This document shows, piece by piece, positions 34,388 to 50,100 of a stretch of 64,000 bases of DNA. Position numbers and translations under genes: made by a program. The stretch lies in the NCBI GenBank assembly GCA_002104905.1, contig MCFE01000002.1, positions 1 through 64,000 on the forward strand. Reading direction: 5' to 3'. Position 1 is the stretch's first letter, and every line of letters starts with the position of its first letter. The notes under the pieces are model-generated. The model made no database searches and was not told the DNA's origin. It was given only the letters and a program-made list of their open reading frames with translations. Origin of the DNA: Basidiobolus meristosporus CBS 931.73. Its lineage: Eukaryota; Fungi; Basidiobolomycota.

Positions 34388-36734
34388 ATCTACTATGAAC
34401 AATTGTGAAGTTGAGAGGGGACGTTTTCAGCGTCTTCATGGCGCACATATGGAGGTATTTAAGGATTGACGTCAACTAATGGAAATGGAAAAGGCGAAGT
34501 CATCAGCCATATTATTAGTCATACTTATGCATGTTCGACATTTGGCAACATGTTCAGGAGTTATAACATTATTTGAGATCTGCGCAAAATACATACCGCA
34601 ATCCTTCCCATTGATCTGAGAATGTGACTACCAATCTCTATATTAAGTAGGTCGGTCATACTTTGTACCATAGCTTGTGCCTATAGCGTGCTTCCGGGCA
34701 TTTGGTTGTTGAGCGGGATAATTGATTTTCCGAGCGTGGGAGTTGTCGTTGATTCATCTAGGCAAGGAGAAGAATTACTGGTAATGCAGCCGGCCTATAA
34801 TCATCCAAGAGTTCTCTAAACCAACATGCTTAATTTTAAGCATTATGAACGTGGTTGTATTGTATAAGATGTACTCTTCATTACTCTAAAATTTCTTTTA
34901 GAAACCTCATGAGAATAATGACATTTATTCATGCTTAGTATATGCATCAGATATCGATATTTCAGAGGTTGGTTGACATAAGTGGCACTGTTCTATATCA
35001 ATTTCTCTTTCCATTCCGATACAAATTTAATCACATCCTCCAAGAAAGTTAAAGCACGGTTGATTTGGTCAACATTTCATACAATGGAGTTCAATCGGGT
35101 CAAGCTTGATTCTTTCTCTCACCAATGTTCAGTTTGATGTACGCAAAGGACCCATTATTACAATGGCCTAACTATCAAATGGGAAGTAATCATAGTGAAT
35201 GTGCTCAACATATGACTGGATGAAGCGATCAATCACCATTTGGATTAAACATCAATTGACATCAATTCTTAAACCTATCTAACTTGGGCAAATGAATCGC
35301 ACTTCTAAAATCGCACTTCGTTGTTGATCTGATCGTCGAGTTGGGGTTGGGTGGCTAATTGACATAATATGCGTGGTGAAGAATCGTCTTGAGTTAATTG
35401 ACAATTTCTGCCTCATTGTGCATAGGGAAACCTGTTGAAGTTATGAAAACCAACAAGTACGTACTGAATAAGCTGGTACCTTGGAGATGGAATGTGGGCC
35501 TGTCTCGCAACGATTAACGAAATTCTTTGCAGGTTAGCATATTAAATGTAGATTAAAAACAAAGCCTGCTAAATTAAAAATGGAACAACGCCATTTCCGA
35601 TTGCATTATTGAACGGGGCTTAGTGGCAAAAATAATAATGCAATCAAATATGAGCTGGGAACATCACAAGAAAAGCTAGTAGGTGCCCTTTGTTAACCGA
35701 CAAACATTGACGACGATGCCACGGAACAAAAAGGGTCAATGGCGTTTGTTTAAGATTCTCATATTGGAGGCACATTTATAGCTTAAACTCCTTGTTGCAA
35801 ACAAAGGGTTTTCTAATTCCTATTATGGTGGAGCCGTCATTAGCATGCATGCTTTCGATGTAAGAGAGAAACAAGTATGAAATCATCAAAATCTACAAAT
35901 CACCATTAGCGTGGTTCCTGATTCCATCTATTTTATATTGCAGCCGTATCCACCATTAAGGCAATGGAATCTCAGAGGGTCCGTAATAGGCAGTGCATGC
36001 ATTCAAGGTCTATGCCCAACAAGCAAGCCTAATTGATCCAATTGATTGCGTATCCCATATAAGGCAGTCCACGAAATGGGCTCTGCATCCAATCTGCGAA
36101 GTAATTGGTGGTAGAGAAGTTTTGCCACATAAGTAGGTAATCTTGATTAATCTAATGCTCCACTTTATAATAATAACAACCCAATTATTGGGACGAGGGG
36201 ATATCTTGTTTAGCTCGGTATATTTGGGTAAGAATTAACGGCAAGCCAATTGCAGTGGTCTTGGGCCGTCTCATCACAAACAGGTCTGGTGTAAGCCTAC
36301 TTAGAGTACAATCCCCGGTAGTTTGAATGCAGATTAAAGATTGGTGCTTTGGGATTTAGAGCTCTCGATGTGACTATTTTGGTAGTGAGCATGTCTCAAA
36401 CTTGTAAACCAGGTGTGATTTTTGATTTGTGGTAGGGACTGGCCTATCTTTTATCAAGGCCGAGGACTGACACGATTCATTTATATTTTAATCTTGCCTC
36501 TGGTTCTTTCTTCTCCATTTTCCGTTATAGACTGTCTTCTGATCATCTTCCTTCTTTACTTTGACAACTTGACGTTGTTTGATTACCTTTTAATTATCCA
36601 TCCGGCTATACAGGCTAATTGGTTTTCTACCTGACATTATTCTCTGTAGTTTTTTCATTATTCGGCTCCTAATACTTGGCCTAATCAGAAGTTTGGGCTG
36701 GAATATCTGAGTTTTCTGTAGCTGGCCCTTTTAT

Positions 36735-39700
36735 ATGATTGTTCTGTTAAACGTAAACCAAAACTCTTTAAATATGCCCAGACCGTTGGACAAAAATAGG
36801 CTGCATCCAAGCTTCGAGTATATTTTGGAAACGCCGGAAGGAAGAGAAATAAGAGACCCGGCTGTCGATTTAGACGGCGTACTGGAGTCCAATAAAACCT
36901 CGCATAACAAGAATCTCTCTAGGTACCACGCTCTCCACGTTCCAAAATATCCTATCTACCGACTGTCCCAGTTCATCAAGCAGAAAGTTCAGTCAAGCCC
37001 GCGATTGTCACATAGGACTTCCGAGACGTCGCTGACATCCATTGCTTCTTTCTCTCTTTCCGACGACGAATCAGGTCAACTGGAAGATGGAGAGAGCATA
37101 TTTCTCGACTTGTCATTCAAGGGATTGGAGAAATTCCCTGAGACTCAGCATGGTGACGAGACTCTGATGGATCATGTTCGCGAGCTTCATTAATTTGTTT
37201 TACCAAACCTAGACATCACGCACCTGGTACTTGCCAATAACGATATCAATTGGTTCCCGCTGTGCACATTTTGGAATCTCCCGCACCTGGTGATGCTGGA
37301 TTTATCCTTCAACCAGGTTACCGAGCTGCCGCCAGATATTGGACAAGTCCTGACTTTGCGGGAGCTGTATCTCAAAAATAACCATATCGAGATTCTGCCC
37401 CACACCATCTACAACCTGGAGAATCTGGAGGTGTTGGATATCTCAGACAACAGAATCAGATGCATTGGTATGTTTTAATGATTTATGAATGAGTAAGAAA
37501 TTGTGATTGACTGAGAGCTATTCGTAGATCCGTCGATTTGTAGGTTAACATCCTTGACTCACCTGGATATTCGTAATAACCAGCTGGTCGATATCCCATT
37601 CTCACTCGGCTTGCTATCAGCCAATCTGGCCTCCTTTCTGGTTGACGGAAACCCTTTCATCTATCCGTTCAGCGACCTTGTAGTGCCGATCTTATCTGCG
37701 CCTTTCCGTGGCAGACGTAGCTTCATTAAAGTATCGAATACGTATCGGGACAAGAGCGCTCTTGCAAACAAGAAAGGCGACGATCTTGCGGGATATGGGT
37801 ACGGTGATGCTCCAATGTACAAGAAGTTTTCACTTGGCCGCCTCACTCTGAATCGAAAGCCAGCCGTGGTTACTTTGCTCGATAACGAGGGGACAATGCG
37901 AAAGGAGAGGAAGATCAGCCCGCCGCTGAATCATCTGAGGAGTAAAATTGCCCAACACTATCCCTCGTCCTCTGATACAACGTTAAACACCGAACTCGAT
38001 ATGAAGCGCTCATCAGCCCAAACCCGACTTTCCAAGACCACCATGGAGACCAACCCTAAACTCTACCCTTTCAACCCTCATCAGATCGATGGAGGCGCTG
38101 ATCTAAATCCCGGGCTGAAGGTTTCGGCCGAAAAGTTATTCATACAAGGCAGGGATACCACAAAATCATGCGAGAACCTCACCAAAGGACAACAGCTCAA
38201 GACGTTCTTTGACCGAACTCTACGACCGCGTTTCTCGTCTCCTAATCTTATTCAAAATAGAAAGAATGCACTGCTTGAGATGGACAATGGATACCCGGAC
38301 TCTCGACGCAACAGCATAGACCAAAATAGGCCTCTGTGGAACTTGAATAACTCAACTGGATTTGATTTATTGAGTAGTTCATACTCTTCTTACTCGGGAT
38401 CATTCTTTCACTTCCGTCCAGGTAGCTGGAGTTCTGGAGATTTAAGCTCAACGGTGTCACCAGGTGCATTAAGCACTTTCCTAAGCAAGCTCCGTGACTT
38501 ATACGATCTGGACCCGGAGACCAATGAGCACGATCTACTTAAAGTAGGGATTCAAAAATGCGGAGATGGTGTAACGTCTAATGCTGGTGACCCGGACACT
38601 GAGCAAATTTATCGAAAAGCAGGTACAACCTCAGTTTATTGGTTTCTGATGACAATATTGCGGTGTGCTAAATTATGAGCAGTTCATCTTTCTATGTATG
38701 GCATTGTGGATCAACGGCACAACATCATCAACGAAATCATTTCTACCGAGGAAACCTACGTTACCTCCCTCGAAAACCTGGTCCAAGTAAGTACGGATAA
38801 TCCTCATACTGGAATACAGTGCGTTGATACGTTATGACTCAGATATATCTGCTGCCTGCGGAGGCCAATAAGGTGATGAGCTTGAAGAAAAGTAAAGCAA
38901 TATTTTCCAATGTCGAGAGTATTCTTCTATTTCACCGTGATCACCTCTTGCCTGCTCTTAGAGCATGCATGAAAGAGGAGGGTCAATGTATAGGGCGGGT
39001 ATTTGCCAAACACGTAAGTGCTCTTTGAATCTGTAATAATGACTCTAGGCTTACATCGAGTACCTATATAGAACCCTTATATTAAGATGTATTCGGTATA
39101 TATCAATAATTTCGAATACGCATTATCGGAGTTACAATCTCTGCTCGCCAAACATCCAAAGCGAACCGGGGCTTATCTGAAGGTTATTTTCTATGTCTAT
39201 TCACCAATGTCTACTTGAATATTCATTGGATTCTTCTATAGTCTGCCCTGAAAAACCCGAACCACAATCAGCTGAATCTTCAGGGGTATCTGCTATTGCC
39301 AGTTCAAAGAATACCTCGATACAAGATGCTACTCCAGGTAAAGACACCCACTAGGGACGATCTCACTATTGCATATATGTAACATGTGACGCTTTGCTGC
39401 CTTAGGACCTTCTTGCCAATACTCTTCCGGACCACCCAGATAGGGAAGATTTGCAGCTGGCTTTGGAGCAGATGTCCACCAGAGCACAGGAAATCAACGA
39501 ACGGAAGCGGGAACATGAGCGTAAGCACCGTGTCATATCAATCCAGGCCCGGATTAAGGGTGCTTCGGATATTCCACTAGTTCAGCCACAGCGACGTTAT
39601 ATTCACGAGGGTGTATTGCATTTGTACAAAATTGTCAGAACCTTTAATGCTCAAGTGAAAGATCCCAAGACACAAAAGACCCGGGATTGTCCATACTTGC

Positions 39701-40137
39701 ATGAAATGGTTATTGACAGCGATTTTATGTTTTATTTGTTTAACGACATCATGATCAAGGTAATTCCTACTTCACCTTTCTGAAATCTTCTTCGAACAAA
39801 CCACTGATCAGAACGTAACGCTAACCATATAGTGTAAGCCGTCGAGTAAGGAACACCGCAAATTGAGAATTCTTCAACTCTCCTCACGATCCAAACCCGC
39901 CACAATGATCCAGCCCAACAGTAACTATAGCATCCTATCCCTGCAGTGTGGCTCGAATAATTAACCCTGTGGTTCATTAGTGATGCGTCTTGTGGACAAC
40001 CAAACAATTCTGTATTTCACTGGGTCCTCGGAACTGGTATGTATCCTGCAATGCGTCATGGTGGCATGTTACTCATATTCTTTGTATATCAGCTGAAACA
40101 GTGGACGGAGTTGATCAATCATCGAGCGGATGCCTGA
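36735..40137 (+). CDS. Leucine-rich-repeat plus DH(RhoGEF)-PH protein; multi-exon span
   Basis: LRRs (LDLSFNQVTELP, LYLKNNHIEILP, LDISDNRI), DH motifs (EIISTEETYVTSL, IFSNVESILLFH, YLLLPVQRIPRYKMLL) and a PH-like tail ending near 40137. Confidence 0.88.
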
Positions 40138-41292
40138 CTTGATCCATTTTGCGCTTAATCATAATACATTAAATCTTCACCTCTTCGACTTCAAACAGAT
40201 CACTCGTCTTTTAGTAGAGCAGAGTATTGGTACATACACGAAACCCATGCGATATGGCCCTTCGATTTACTCATCAATATATATATGTTCCCCCTCCCTC
40301 CCTCCACCCATATATTCCTTTCTTGCCAAGCCACGACATTTGCCACTTCATTTATCACATGTAAAATCCTGTACACCTCTCACGAACCGAATGCTTATCC
40401 GAGTTGATTTATCCAATTCTAATGAACCTCTCTTACAAATGATTTGCTCGATAATTAGTGTTGTGAATATACATTTGAAACCATAAATCCAATTGCCCAT
40501 CTGATTCAATTCCCATGTTTAGGGGATCCACAACACAACGCCTAAACATACTCCGATTTATAGAGGTTCCAAACCAATAGCCACTGATGTTGTGAGTGCA
40601 TGCTTATCGAGTGTTAGATAGCTAAAACCACTAATCAATGCACTAGTCTGTAACCGATTGGATGTTACAGTCACTACCCTTAATGTCATGTACATGACAA
40701 ACCCTTAGCCACAATGATCAAGAGGTACCATATCGAATCGGTCATGATACCACACCTGTACTTGAAGAAACAGCTGCTGGCTTCGCTTCAACGACCGACC
40801 GAAGACCAATGACGAATATGGCCGATCGGTACAACTTCGAGCAGCCATCAGTCTTCGATCAAATTTAAAAAAATGCTCGTTTGAGACTTGCGCAACCTCT
40901 ATATCAGTATCATTCAAAATACTCGGCAAAAATGGAAGTGTCATTTCGACAGCTGCAATTAGAATTTCGGCAATGGCAAGCCTGATTCAGAGATGATTTG
41001 CTCTAGTGTAATAAGCCATATCATGCAAATTTTTCAATTTGGTAATTTCAATCTAACATTATTTCACCACTCGGTATCATGCCTCCATGAGGAATTACCA
41101 AACCCTACCAATTCCCAAACGGTATTTTACCAACGCCTCCATCTAATCACGTCAATTTGAAAGGTCAGATAAATAGATTTAATTCAAGTGCTGATGATTG
41201 GCCACAGTAAAAACGCGATCTCAATAACGGAATTTGTACATGAAACTATTCTTATGTACAAAACTAGCAAGGAGTTCAGGGTATAGTTCGTA

Positions 41293-44200
41293 TTAGAAGT
41301 AAGTGTTCCCATAATAAACGTGTTGAAAATCAGAATCTAACCGCATAGTATTGCCGCACCAAATATGGCTGGTGTGCTTGTATCCATGCTGTCTATGAAT
41401 TCCGAACCGGTTATACCAGATTTTATGTTCAGTGACCGGGTCAGTTGGTGTTATCGGCGAGCTCTTCGACACTAAAGCAGAGAGTTGTGACACGCATAGG
41501 TTGAGGTCACCTGGAATATGCGATACTGGAGAAATCAGTGTACCAGATACTGGTGTACGTTGAGTAACTGATATGGGCTCTGGTATGGCTCTCGAGTTTT
41601 GCGAAGGCATGTGTCGGATCCTTGATGACAATTTAGGGGCTCGCTGGGAAGAAAATCCTGCATCTTTCACTGCCTCTTGATGCTTCTCGTTTAGTAAGCG
41701 ATAATAGGCAACCGTGTAATCATTGGATGTCATGCGCAATAAGGCCATGTCCTTGAGAAGATCCTGGATGAGCTTGATCAAGTGCTTAAACTGTATAGTT
41801 TTTACTTGACCACCATCACACTTGGGTTTCTCGAGATTTTCTTCATTAGTGATCACTTCTCTGAAACGGTGTTGCATATTGGTTATCTCTTTTACAATAT
41901 CGTCCAGCATGGAATTACTTGTTTTTGATAGCTCGTCCACGTCAAATGCTCTGCGCTTTGGCCTGTTTAAACTTGTCATTTCGGTGCAACGAATCTTATC
42001 AACCAGATTCATCGAATGCTCATATAGCATATTTAAATCGGTCGAAGTATATGGGAGATTCGCTGATCGACTGTCTCCTACTTGATATGTTTTCCTAAAG
42101 AATGCTAGGCAAAATTGTCTGAGCACATATTGGATTGGGCTATACATTTTAGTATATAAACTACCTTCTCTACTGGCAAACTTAGGTGTCTTAAGCTCTT
42201 CTTCTTGACCTAGAGTCTCGTGATATTCCCGGTTTGTAGGAAGATTGGCGAATTGCAATGAGAGTGGTGATAAAATCGGCTTCTTGTCAAGCGGGCTTTT
42301 TGGATTGGTCCATTCGAACTTTTTTTCAAATTCAGACTCGGCATTCGCACTCCTTTGTTGGCGAAATAGTCGTGCCCTGTATGTCGCAAAGCCTTCAGGT
42401 AGAACATCAATATCTACATCGGGTTGTAAGAGGTTTTTCGTGCTTTCCCCTTTCTCAAGATGAGGATTGAAAGGCCTCTGAGCACTAGCCTCCGAATAAA
42501 CTCGATGTCTAATATAATGCTTCCCCTTGAAATTCCCTGGTACGGGTTTTCCATTATTATTGACATCTCTTCGGTCGTTATTGAGTAAGGGACTATAATT
42601 ATCGCCCTTCCTGCGTCTCAATAAAACTTCCAGATTAGGCGGTCCCGGGTCCTTGTTTTTGTCTAGACGAGGTGATGCGCACTGCTCTGGGAGCAATTGG
42701 GCAGTCTTGGGTTGAGGAGTAAGGAAGCCCTTAATTATCCTGAGCGTGGGCTCTTTAATAGGTTTACTTCTCTTTGTACAATCCTCCTTCTGCGCTTGGG
42801 TGTTGGGATCTTCAGATTGCTGTTCGGTTAACACAGTCTCATTTGACGCTTTATTTTGCGTTTGTATGAGCTCGCTGATAAAATTCGAGTCAAAAGAGCC
42901 GTCACTGAGATGGTCATCATTCGAGGCAGGTATCGAGACTTCCTTATCCGCCTTGTGTGTATCCTCTATATGAATGGTCGGATTCTGGTGACCGCCATCA
43001 ATATTTGCCAAGGTGTTTTCGGATGAGGTGCTAACATCTATAGGTCTGATCTCAATCGTGGGAATGAGGGCATCATCAGCTATCTGTCTTGCTTCTCGAT
43101 TTGTATCAGTCATTGAAATCGTTGCACAAACTATGGTTAATGCTGAAATTAGTTAAACGTTCGATATCAGGCGTATCCATAGAACTACCATTGTTTGAAG
43201 GCTCCTCAATATCCAGAGCCTCGGTTTGCTCAGTCGGTGTTGTATCAACTTCGACTGATTCTTTGGCTTTCTTTTTCCTATTCTTCCGAGCTTTTCTTTT
43301 CTTCTTGGCCGATTTTTTCATTGGTGTGGCATCATCATTGTCGATTTCAACTGACACTTGGGGTAATGTTAGCTCTATATCAATAGATAGGTATGAGAAT
43401 TCCACCCAGTGTAATGAAAATATTTTGTTAGACCATTACCTAATTCTTGTACTGATTCTTCAGCACCCGCACTATTCACTTCCATTATTGGTGGCAGAGA
43501 GGCTTCCTGAGCTACCAAGGGCGACTTTTCCTTTAGGTCTTTCTCACATTCATCCTCAGGATCAGGAGGATTTGTCTGTGTGGAGGTATTGTCTGACGTG
43601 AGAGACTAAAGTGTTTTGAGTGAATTTGCAGTATAATGAATAGATAATACCAAATTTAGTACCTCATTCAAATTGGCATTAGGAGGAATGCTTTGAGTAT
43701 CTGAATTATCATTATTTGATTGACACTCAAAAGACAACGAATCATCCGAGTCCTTATCCCCTTCAGTATGCTCGGTTTTCTGTTTTCTTCGTTCTCGTCT
43801 CTTCTTTCGAACGTATTTCTCGAGCTCACCAAACATTGTATTTCCCATGATGACTGAGCCTTCTGGTGTAGTGGGCACGGTGAGCGGCCTTGGAGTATTC
43901 TCTTGCGCATGTCCCCAGTAAGATGCCATCAAAGGGGCGGAGCTACCATAGAGCTCTAGATTATTCAACTGAGAATGATCTGTATGACAGTGCTCCATAA
44001 TAGAATGGTCGAATTTCGTGCTCAGCTCATCGTGGTTCTGCAGGCTGGCGTACATACTGTCCAACGGGTCAAATGATATGTGGCCGTAGTGTATATCTTC
44101 CAGTTTAGCTCGCATCATGGCCGATTCATTGCGGGTTTCTGTCAGAAGTTCACAGTACTCCGCCACTTCAGATTTCAACCTGATGTTCTCCTCGGTAAGT

Positions 44201-45590
44201 TCTCTTAGGATAGAAACTAGCGCGTCATTTTCATCACTCTCATCGTAAGATTGATTCATCATTCTAGATTCCAACTGAATTATTTGGTGAGATTGAAAGA
44301 TGCATTTTGCAAGTTTTAGTTATGTTTGGCATTACGTATAAAATATGTTCCCGAAGTTTCTCATTTGAATCACGCAACCACGAAAGTGCTTCATATTTTT
44401 CACGCTCGTAGGTTAGATCTTGATGCTCTATCAATAGATGTTCATGAACCTCTTCCAGTTCATCTTTTAAGTGGTGTCAGTGGCTATTCAAATCTGTTTG
44501 ATCTGGAGAAACACCTACTGTAAGATTCTTTCAAAGTTCTGATTTTGGTAAGGCATGCTGCTTCCGATTCACGTGACCGGTCAAGTTCTTGCTGTAAATT
44601 GGTGGCCTGATATTCAAAGGTGAGAATGTAATAGCTGGAAAATTTAGTAGGCACGGTAGAGCACCTTTTCCTTCCATTCATCCACTTTGGCAGTTGAACG
44701 ACGCTCTCTAGCGAGCTCAGAGCAAATCTTCTCGTGCGCTTGGGTCTTCTCTTCCAAATCTCGAGATAATTCACGATTGCGTATATTTGCTTCGTCCAAA
44801 TCATTAGTGACTGCTAACAAGGTCTACGGTATTAAGGATAAAGTGAGGGTGAGTAGAAGCCCCTAAAAGGGATGTTCTTGGGTTTATATTACCTTCTCGA
44901 CTTTCAAGTTGGTTACATATAAGGTATCTCGCGATTCTTCTAGCACCTCAAGTTCACCTTTCTGTTGTTGTGTTAAGAGAAGTAATTCACGATTCTCCTT
45001 ATCTTTTTCCTCACACTACATTAAGCAGCAGGGCCTGTGTTAGCGTGAGTGAATACAATAGCATCTGAAATATAGGACCTCTTGATGTACTCCTTTCAAG
45101 GTAAAATTCAAGTTTTGTATTTGTGCTTCATTTTTCAGAAAAATCGCATTGCTTATATCTGAAAAAGAGAATATGAGTATCTTGGGTATTGCACTATATA
45201 GAGCTGCTGCTACCTGTTAAGAGCTTAAGTTGTGTCTCTTTAGCAAGGATAGTCTGACTCCAGTCGTTGTAATTTGTGCAGCTCAACGAACCACAGCAGC
45301 ATACTACTATTGGCACTGATTGTTCTTGAGGGAGTTCTGAAATATTCGCTATTGGAGACGTAAGTGCTCCTTGAGTAAGCGCGTTAGAATTATCCCAGGA
45401 ACAATAATTGCCTTAGATAAGTCAGGGCAATACATACGGAACTTATCAACCAGTTGCTGGTCGTCCAACTCCAGCAAGTTTGGAAGGGATTCCATCATTT
45501 GTGACAATAGACTCTTCTTGTATTTAACCACTACACTAAAGGATGGGGCTCGATTGGTTGATATATACAGATGGGGATATCTTAAGATGT
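41293..45590 (-). CDS. Large coiled-coil protein of unknown function; multi-exon span, 5' end approximate
   Basis: Collinear exon ORFs (45349-45531, 44484-44804, 43606-44274, 43106-43405, 41293-43113) with heptad-rich and K-rich segments. Confidence 0.7.
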
Positions 45591-47160
45591 AAGAACTACC
45601 TGGATGAGAGAGGGAGGAGGAATGCAGAATTGAAGGCTGGGGATTGAAATACTCTCGAGTTTCGCCTGGAAAGGGGTGAACATGTTTAGTAATGGAGCAT
45701 GGAAATTACAAGTTCAAAATATAAGAATGAGGTTCAATAGAAAAATCCAGTTGATGCATCTATCTGTTCATTGCTGAATTGCGTGAGTTTCGGGAATAAA
45801 CTCGCTTAAATTTAATAGAAAAGGGTTCAACCAGGGTTGAACGGTGTGAAGTAGAGTTGCAACTTTTGTCTCTTATAATGCGCATTGGGCATAGCCAAAC
45901 GAACACCTTTTGTTTTGATGGACGCTATATAGTAATCCCACCACTTTGGCAGCACACAAAGTTGAGCATTGTCATGATAGGCATTATATTGGCACGGGTA
46001 TTGCAGCATGGTCGTCTATTTTTGGCGATACAGCTGATTCAAGGTAGCAATAACATGAAAAACACAAACTCACACTGTGAAGCCTCTTGTTAAACCCATT
46101 TCGAGTGAAGTTGACCCATTATTGTTTTCATTTTCCACCTGGGCGAGTGAAACAGTCCCGTGCAGTTATTGATTAGAGTGCCAGGCTCGCATGGGCGAAG
46201 AGATGGATATTACTGGACTAGCCAAGTGGAGTGATTCATTCGTCAAAACTACATGTGTCAATCCACTCAGCCTACGGCTACCATGTGAATGGATGAAGTA
46301 CTGAATCCGAGACTACATGTCAATGAGGGAACGATTATGTGATGATGTTGATGTTTACTGGTGGACGATGCAATCGGTCCCGGGAGAAGGCACGTTCACC
46401 ACGCTCTTGCCTTTTTGGTTCATTCCGCTTGATGCCCCTGCCAACATCAGACAGGTGATGGCCTTAGCCGAATTCTTCTTGGCAAGATAAAGCCAATACA
46501 ACACTCAACACGGTTTCATCCAAGATTCACACATCGCTTTAATCCACTAACTCGCCAACATTGTTCAGTATCCAAATCCAATACCATATCATGGGTAGCA
46601 TTGTATTCGAAACAAATACGAGCTACAAATTGAAGAAATCTTCCGAGCAAGTCTATATGAAATGACAATCATAGGGCCTTCACATGATCAATTGTCCTCA
46701 TGAAAGAGTTGGATGAGGCCATTTTGCAAACTGCACTGAGGATTGTCGGCTGGACATGATTAATTAGCCATAATTCAGTATCTCTGGTTGAATAGACTAA
46801 TTATGTGACAGAAGATCTCCTGCAGCGGAGATAGGAGGCTTCTGACCTAACAGTGTTTCAATTGCTCATCAAAAGATCCTTAACCCATTAAGATTTAGAC
46901 TCTGAGCGCACGAGAATCACTTCCTATAATTGTGATCTAGACCTTAGGATGCATACACACCACAAGCATGCATGGGCTCAATCAAATATAAAGGAAAGCA
47001 CCCATCCTTCAAGTGTTTGATCAGACTCGTACAGTATCCTTTACCAATTAAGAATCGAATAGATATATCGTATATCATTGCCATAATAAGGAGAAAGAAT
47101 CTTCCCTTCTTTAGAGTACACTGATATTTCTCCTAGCAGTAGCTGGCTTACATCGACATT

Positions 47161-50100
47161 ATGGAGTTTACAAATCCTGACGTACTGGCTACCAGAAGGA
47201 ACTCCACACCATCTTTCATGAGCAACATTGACAAGACAAAGTATAAACGGCTGTTTCGATTATCGAGCCTCCACTTTGGGGAGAAGCGCAACAGTAACGT
47301 AGATGAATTGGAAAAGCTACCGACTACGATTAGCTTCGCAAAATCCGACATAGAGGCTGCGAAGTCTAATGAGATTGGTGGTAGAAATCGAAGGGACTTT
47401 TCCCTCAAGTCAAGCCCATTGTCGTCGCAGATCGATGAGAAACAGAAACATTTTGATGGGTTTCTACCCTACTATCAAGCGCTGGTACGATCCATATCTC
47501 CCAATTTCCTCTCGGTTCTAGAGCGTCGTCGCTCAAAGCATTCCAATTCGAAACATTATATTCGTGTGGCAACCATCTATGGCTGGATATCCTCCCCACC
47601 TGAGTCACCCGTAAGTCATGATGACTCTTTCAAACGCTCTCCGTGTAAAATCTCCACTCTCCAACAGACTGCTGCTCAAAAGAACAAATTAAGACGTCTA
47701 GGCTGGATTCTCAATCACTTTCGGTAAGGGGTTCACTGGTTTACAGCGTCGGTTTTGCTCTTCCTAAATTGTTGAGCGTGGAATTTTTACAGACCAAAGG
47801 AGGAAATAGAACTCTCTGCTGAGGTCGACTTTGGTCTATGGGTGGATAGTGTGTTGCCTGAGAAATTGGTGCCGTTGACTAATATAGACGATATCAGCAC
47901 TCCTATCAAGCTGAAGCCTCAGACTTCCTCAAAGAAACTCTTCCTCTCTGGGTTCAAAAAAGATTTGACTGGAAAGTGGGAATCTGGTTCGGAGGTATCG
48001 AGGTCCTCTACCAATGAATCGCTACCTACACCAACAGATGTGCCTCTGCCTGTGGACGAATTCAAGATTCAAATACCAGAATTGCAATCAGAAAATGAAC
48101 TGGACATTTCCCAGGAGTATGTGGAGACTAAAAGCGAAACAGTCGAAGTCGTTGAACTCCAAAAAGCACAAAGTGGGCAGCTTAGTGAAAACAGTGATTC
48201 AACTACAGTCTGGAAAGAAGATTCACCGCAGCACGTAATCTATTCGGTTAGTAAAGCTAAAAGCTTTCTGTCCAAAAACGAGAAAGTTCTAGTTGCGGGA
48301 ACGGTGGAGAAACTAATAGAGAAACTTACAAGCGAGATTGGTAACGAATTTCATTGACTGATCCGTATTGTATTATGCATTAATCGCTTTCAATTGAGAT
48401 AGATTACGAGTTTCTGTCCGATTTTTTTATGACATACCGCTCCTTCATGTCACCGGTGCAACTTTGCAAAACTCTGGGTGCACGCCTCAAATGGGCAATT
48501 GACGAAGGCAATGAGAATGGCAAATTCATTCAACTACGTACGTACTCGGCGATTAAACACTGGCTTGTTTTCTATTTCGATTACGATTACGTGCCCTCAA
48601 GAGCACTTCGATTCACCATGATCAATCTACTCAAGGACCTTCAGACTCGGCCAGAACTAGCAAGTTCTCCAGACATACTGAAGTGCGTGAGGGATCTTTA
48701 CGAGTGTTACAAGCGTGAAAAGAAATCGTCGATAAAAAGAAATCGCAACTCCACATATGATCCTCATGCAAATCAATCATTTAATTCCGATATGGAGAGG
48801 AAGGTCACATCCAACTTACAGGTTAAGTTACGTGCAACCACTAAGAATGCCACTTCTGTCAAGATGAAGAAGAACTCAAAGTCTTTCGAAAACCTCGAAC
48901 AATCATACAACAAAACCACGTCAAGCTCCTACGAGCGAGGGAGAGATGCTAGTTTGTGGACAATGAAAATGACCTGTGGATTAGCCAACCTCAAAGTGAG
49001 ACTGCCAGAGGTCTACAATTCAATCGCATTAGGTGTTGCTAGTGGTGATCTTCTAGAAGGGTATGATCGGTCCAAATCTGCGGAACGGTTGTTCACCGAA
49101 GATTCATCCCAACTTCCGGATAGCCCAACTAAGCAGACATTGGATACCGGTGGAGGTTCCCCACGTCAATCACAACAAAGCCTGAAGTCATTCCTTCTTT
49201 CTTACTCAACCGAAACTATAGCCCAACAATTCTGTATCATCGAACAACGTTGTTTGTGTGCTGTCGAGTGGCATGAGCTTATTGAGGTATACTGGAAAGA
49301 CCGAACTAATGAGAATGCTGTTAAGAAGTGTGGCGGAGTCTTGGCACAAATTGATCGTTTCAACATGGTAAGTACGGGTGATCAATTCAAGCAAAAGTCG
49401 TATTTACACAAACCCACACGAATATGTAGATGTCACAGTGGGTTGCTACCGAGATTGTAACGTTAAAATCAGTTGAAGAGAGAGCAAGAGTAATTGAGAA
49501 ACTGATACGTATAGCCATGGTAAACGAAAAATATTTATTCTCCTAATATTGCTTCAAGTTCTAAATAGTTGCATTCAAACAGAGATGCTATCAACATCGA
49601 AATTACTCCACTCTACTTCAGATGGTTTTAGGCCTGCAGTCGTCAAGCATTTCACGATTGACCAAGACTTGGTCAAAAGTAGGAAGCCACGAAAAACGAA
49701 TGCTGGAGGAGTTGAAGGAATTTACTAGCCCTTGCAAGAACTGGAAAAATATACGTGAAGCCATGCAGAAATCTAGTGAAGATTACAAGTATTTGGTCTG
49801 GAGTAAAGAGCCGGAGGAGCCTGTACCAACTAGACTTGACGCCCCGATGGAAAACGAGAAAAATGATTGTCAAATGGTCGGCGAGGCTTGTATTCCTTTT
49901 TTTGGTAAACTCCTTTTGGATACCTGCAGTTCTGGTACACGGAATTCTAATTAGCCTGATGCTTGTTAGGTCTTTTTCTCTCGGATTTAACGTATAATGC
50001 AGAGTTACCTTCACATGTTGAGCCTCACACAAAGCCCAATAATGATGCTGGTGCTGATTCAACAGCAGGGTCTGTTCATGATCAACCGCAACTTATTAAT

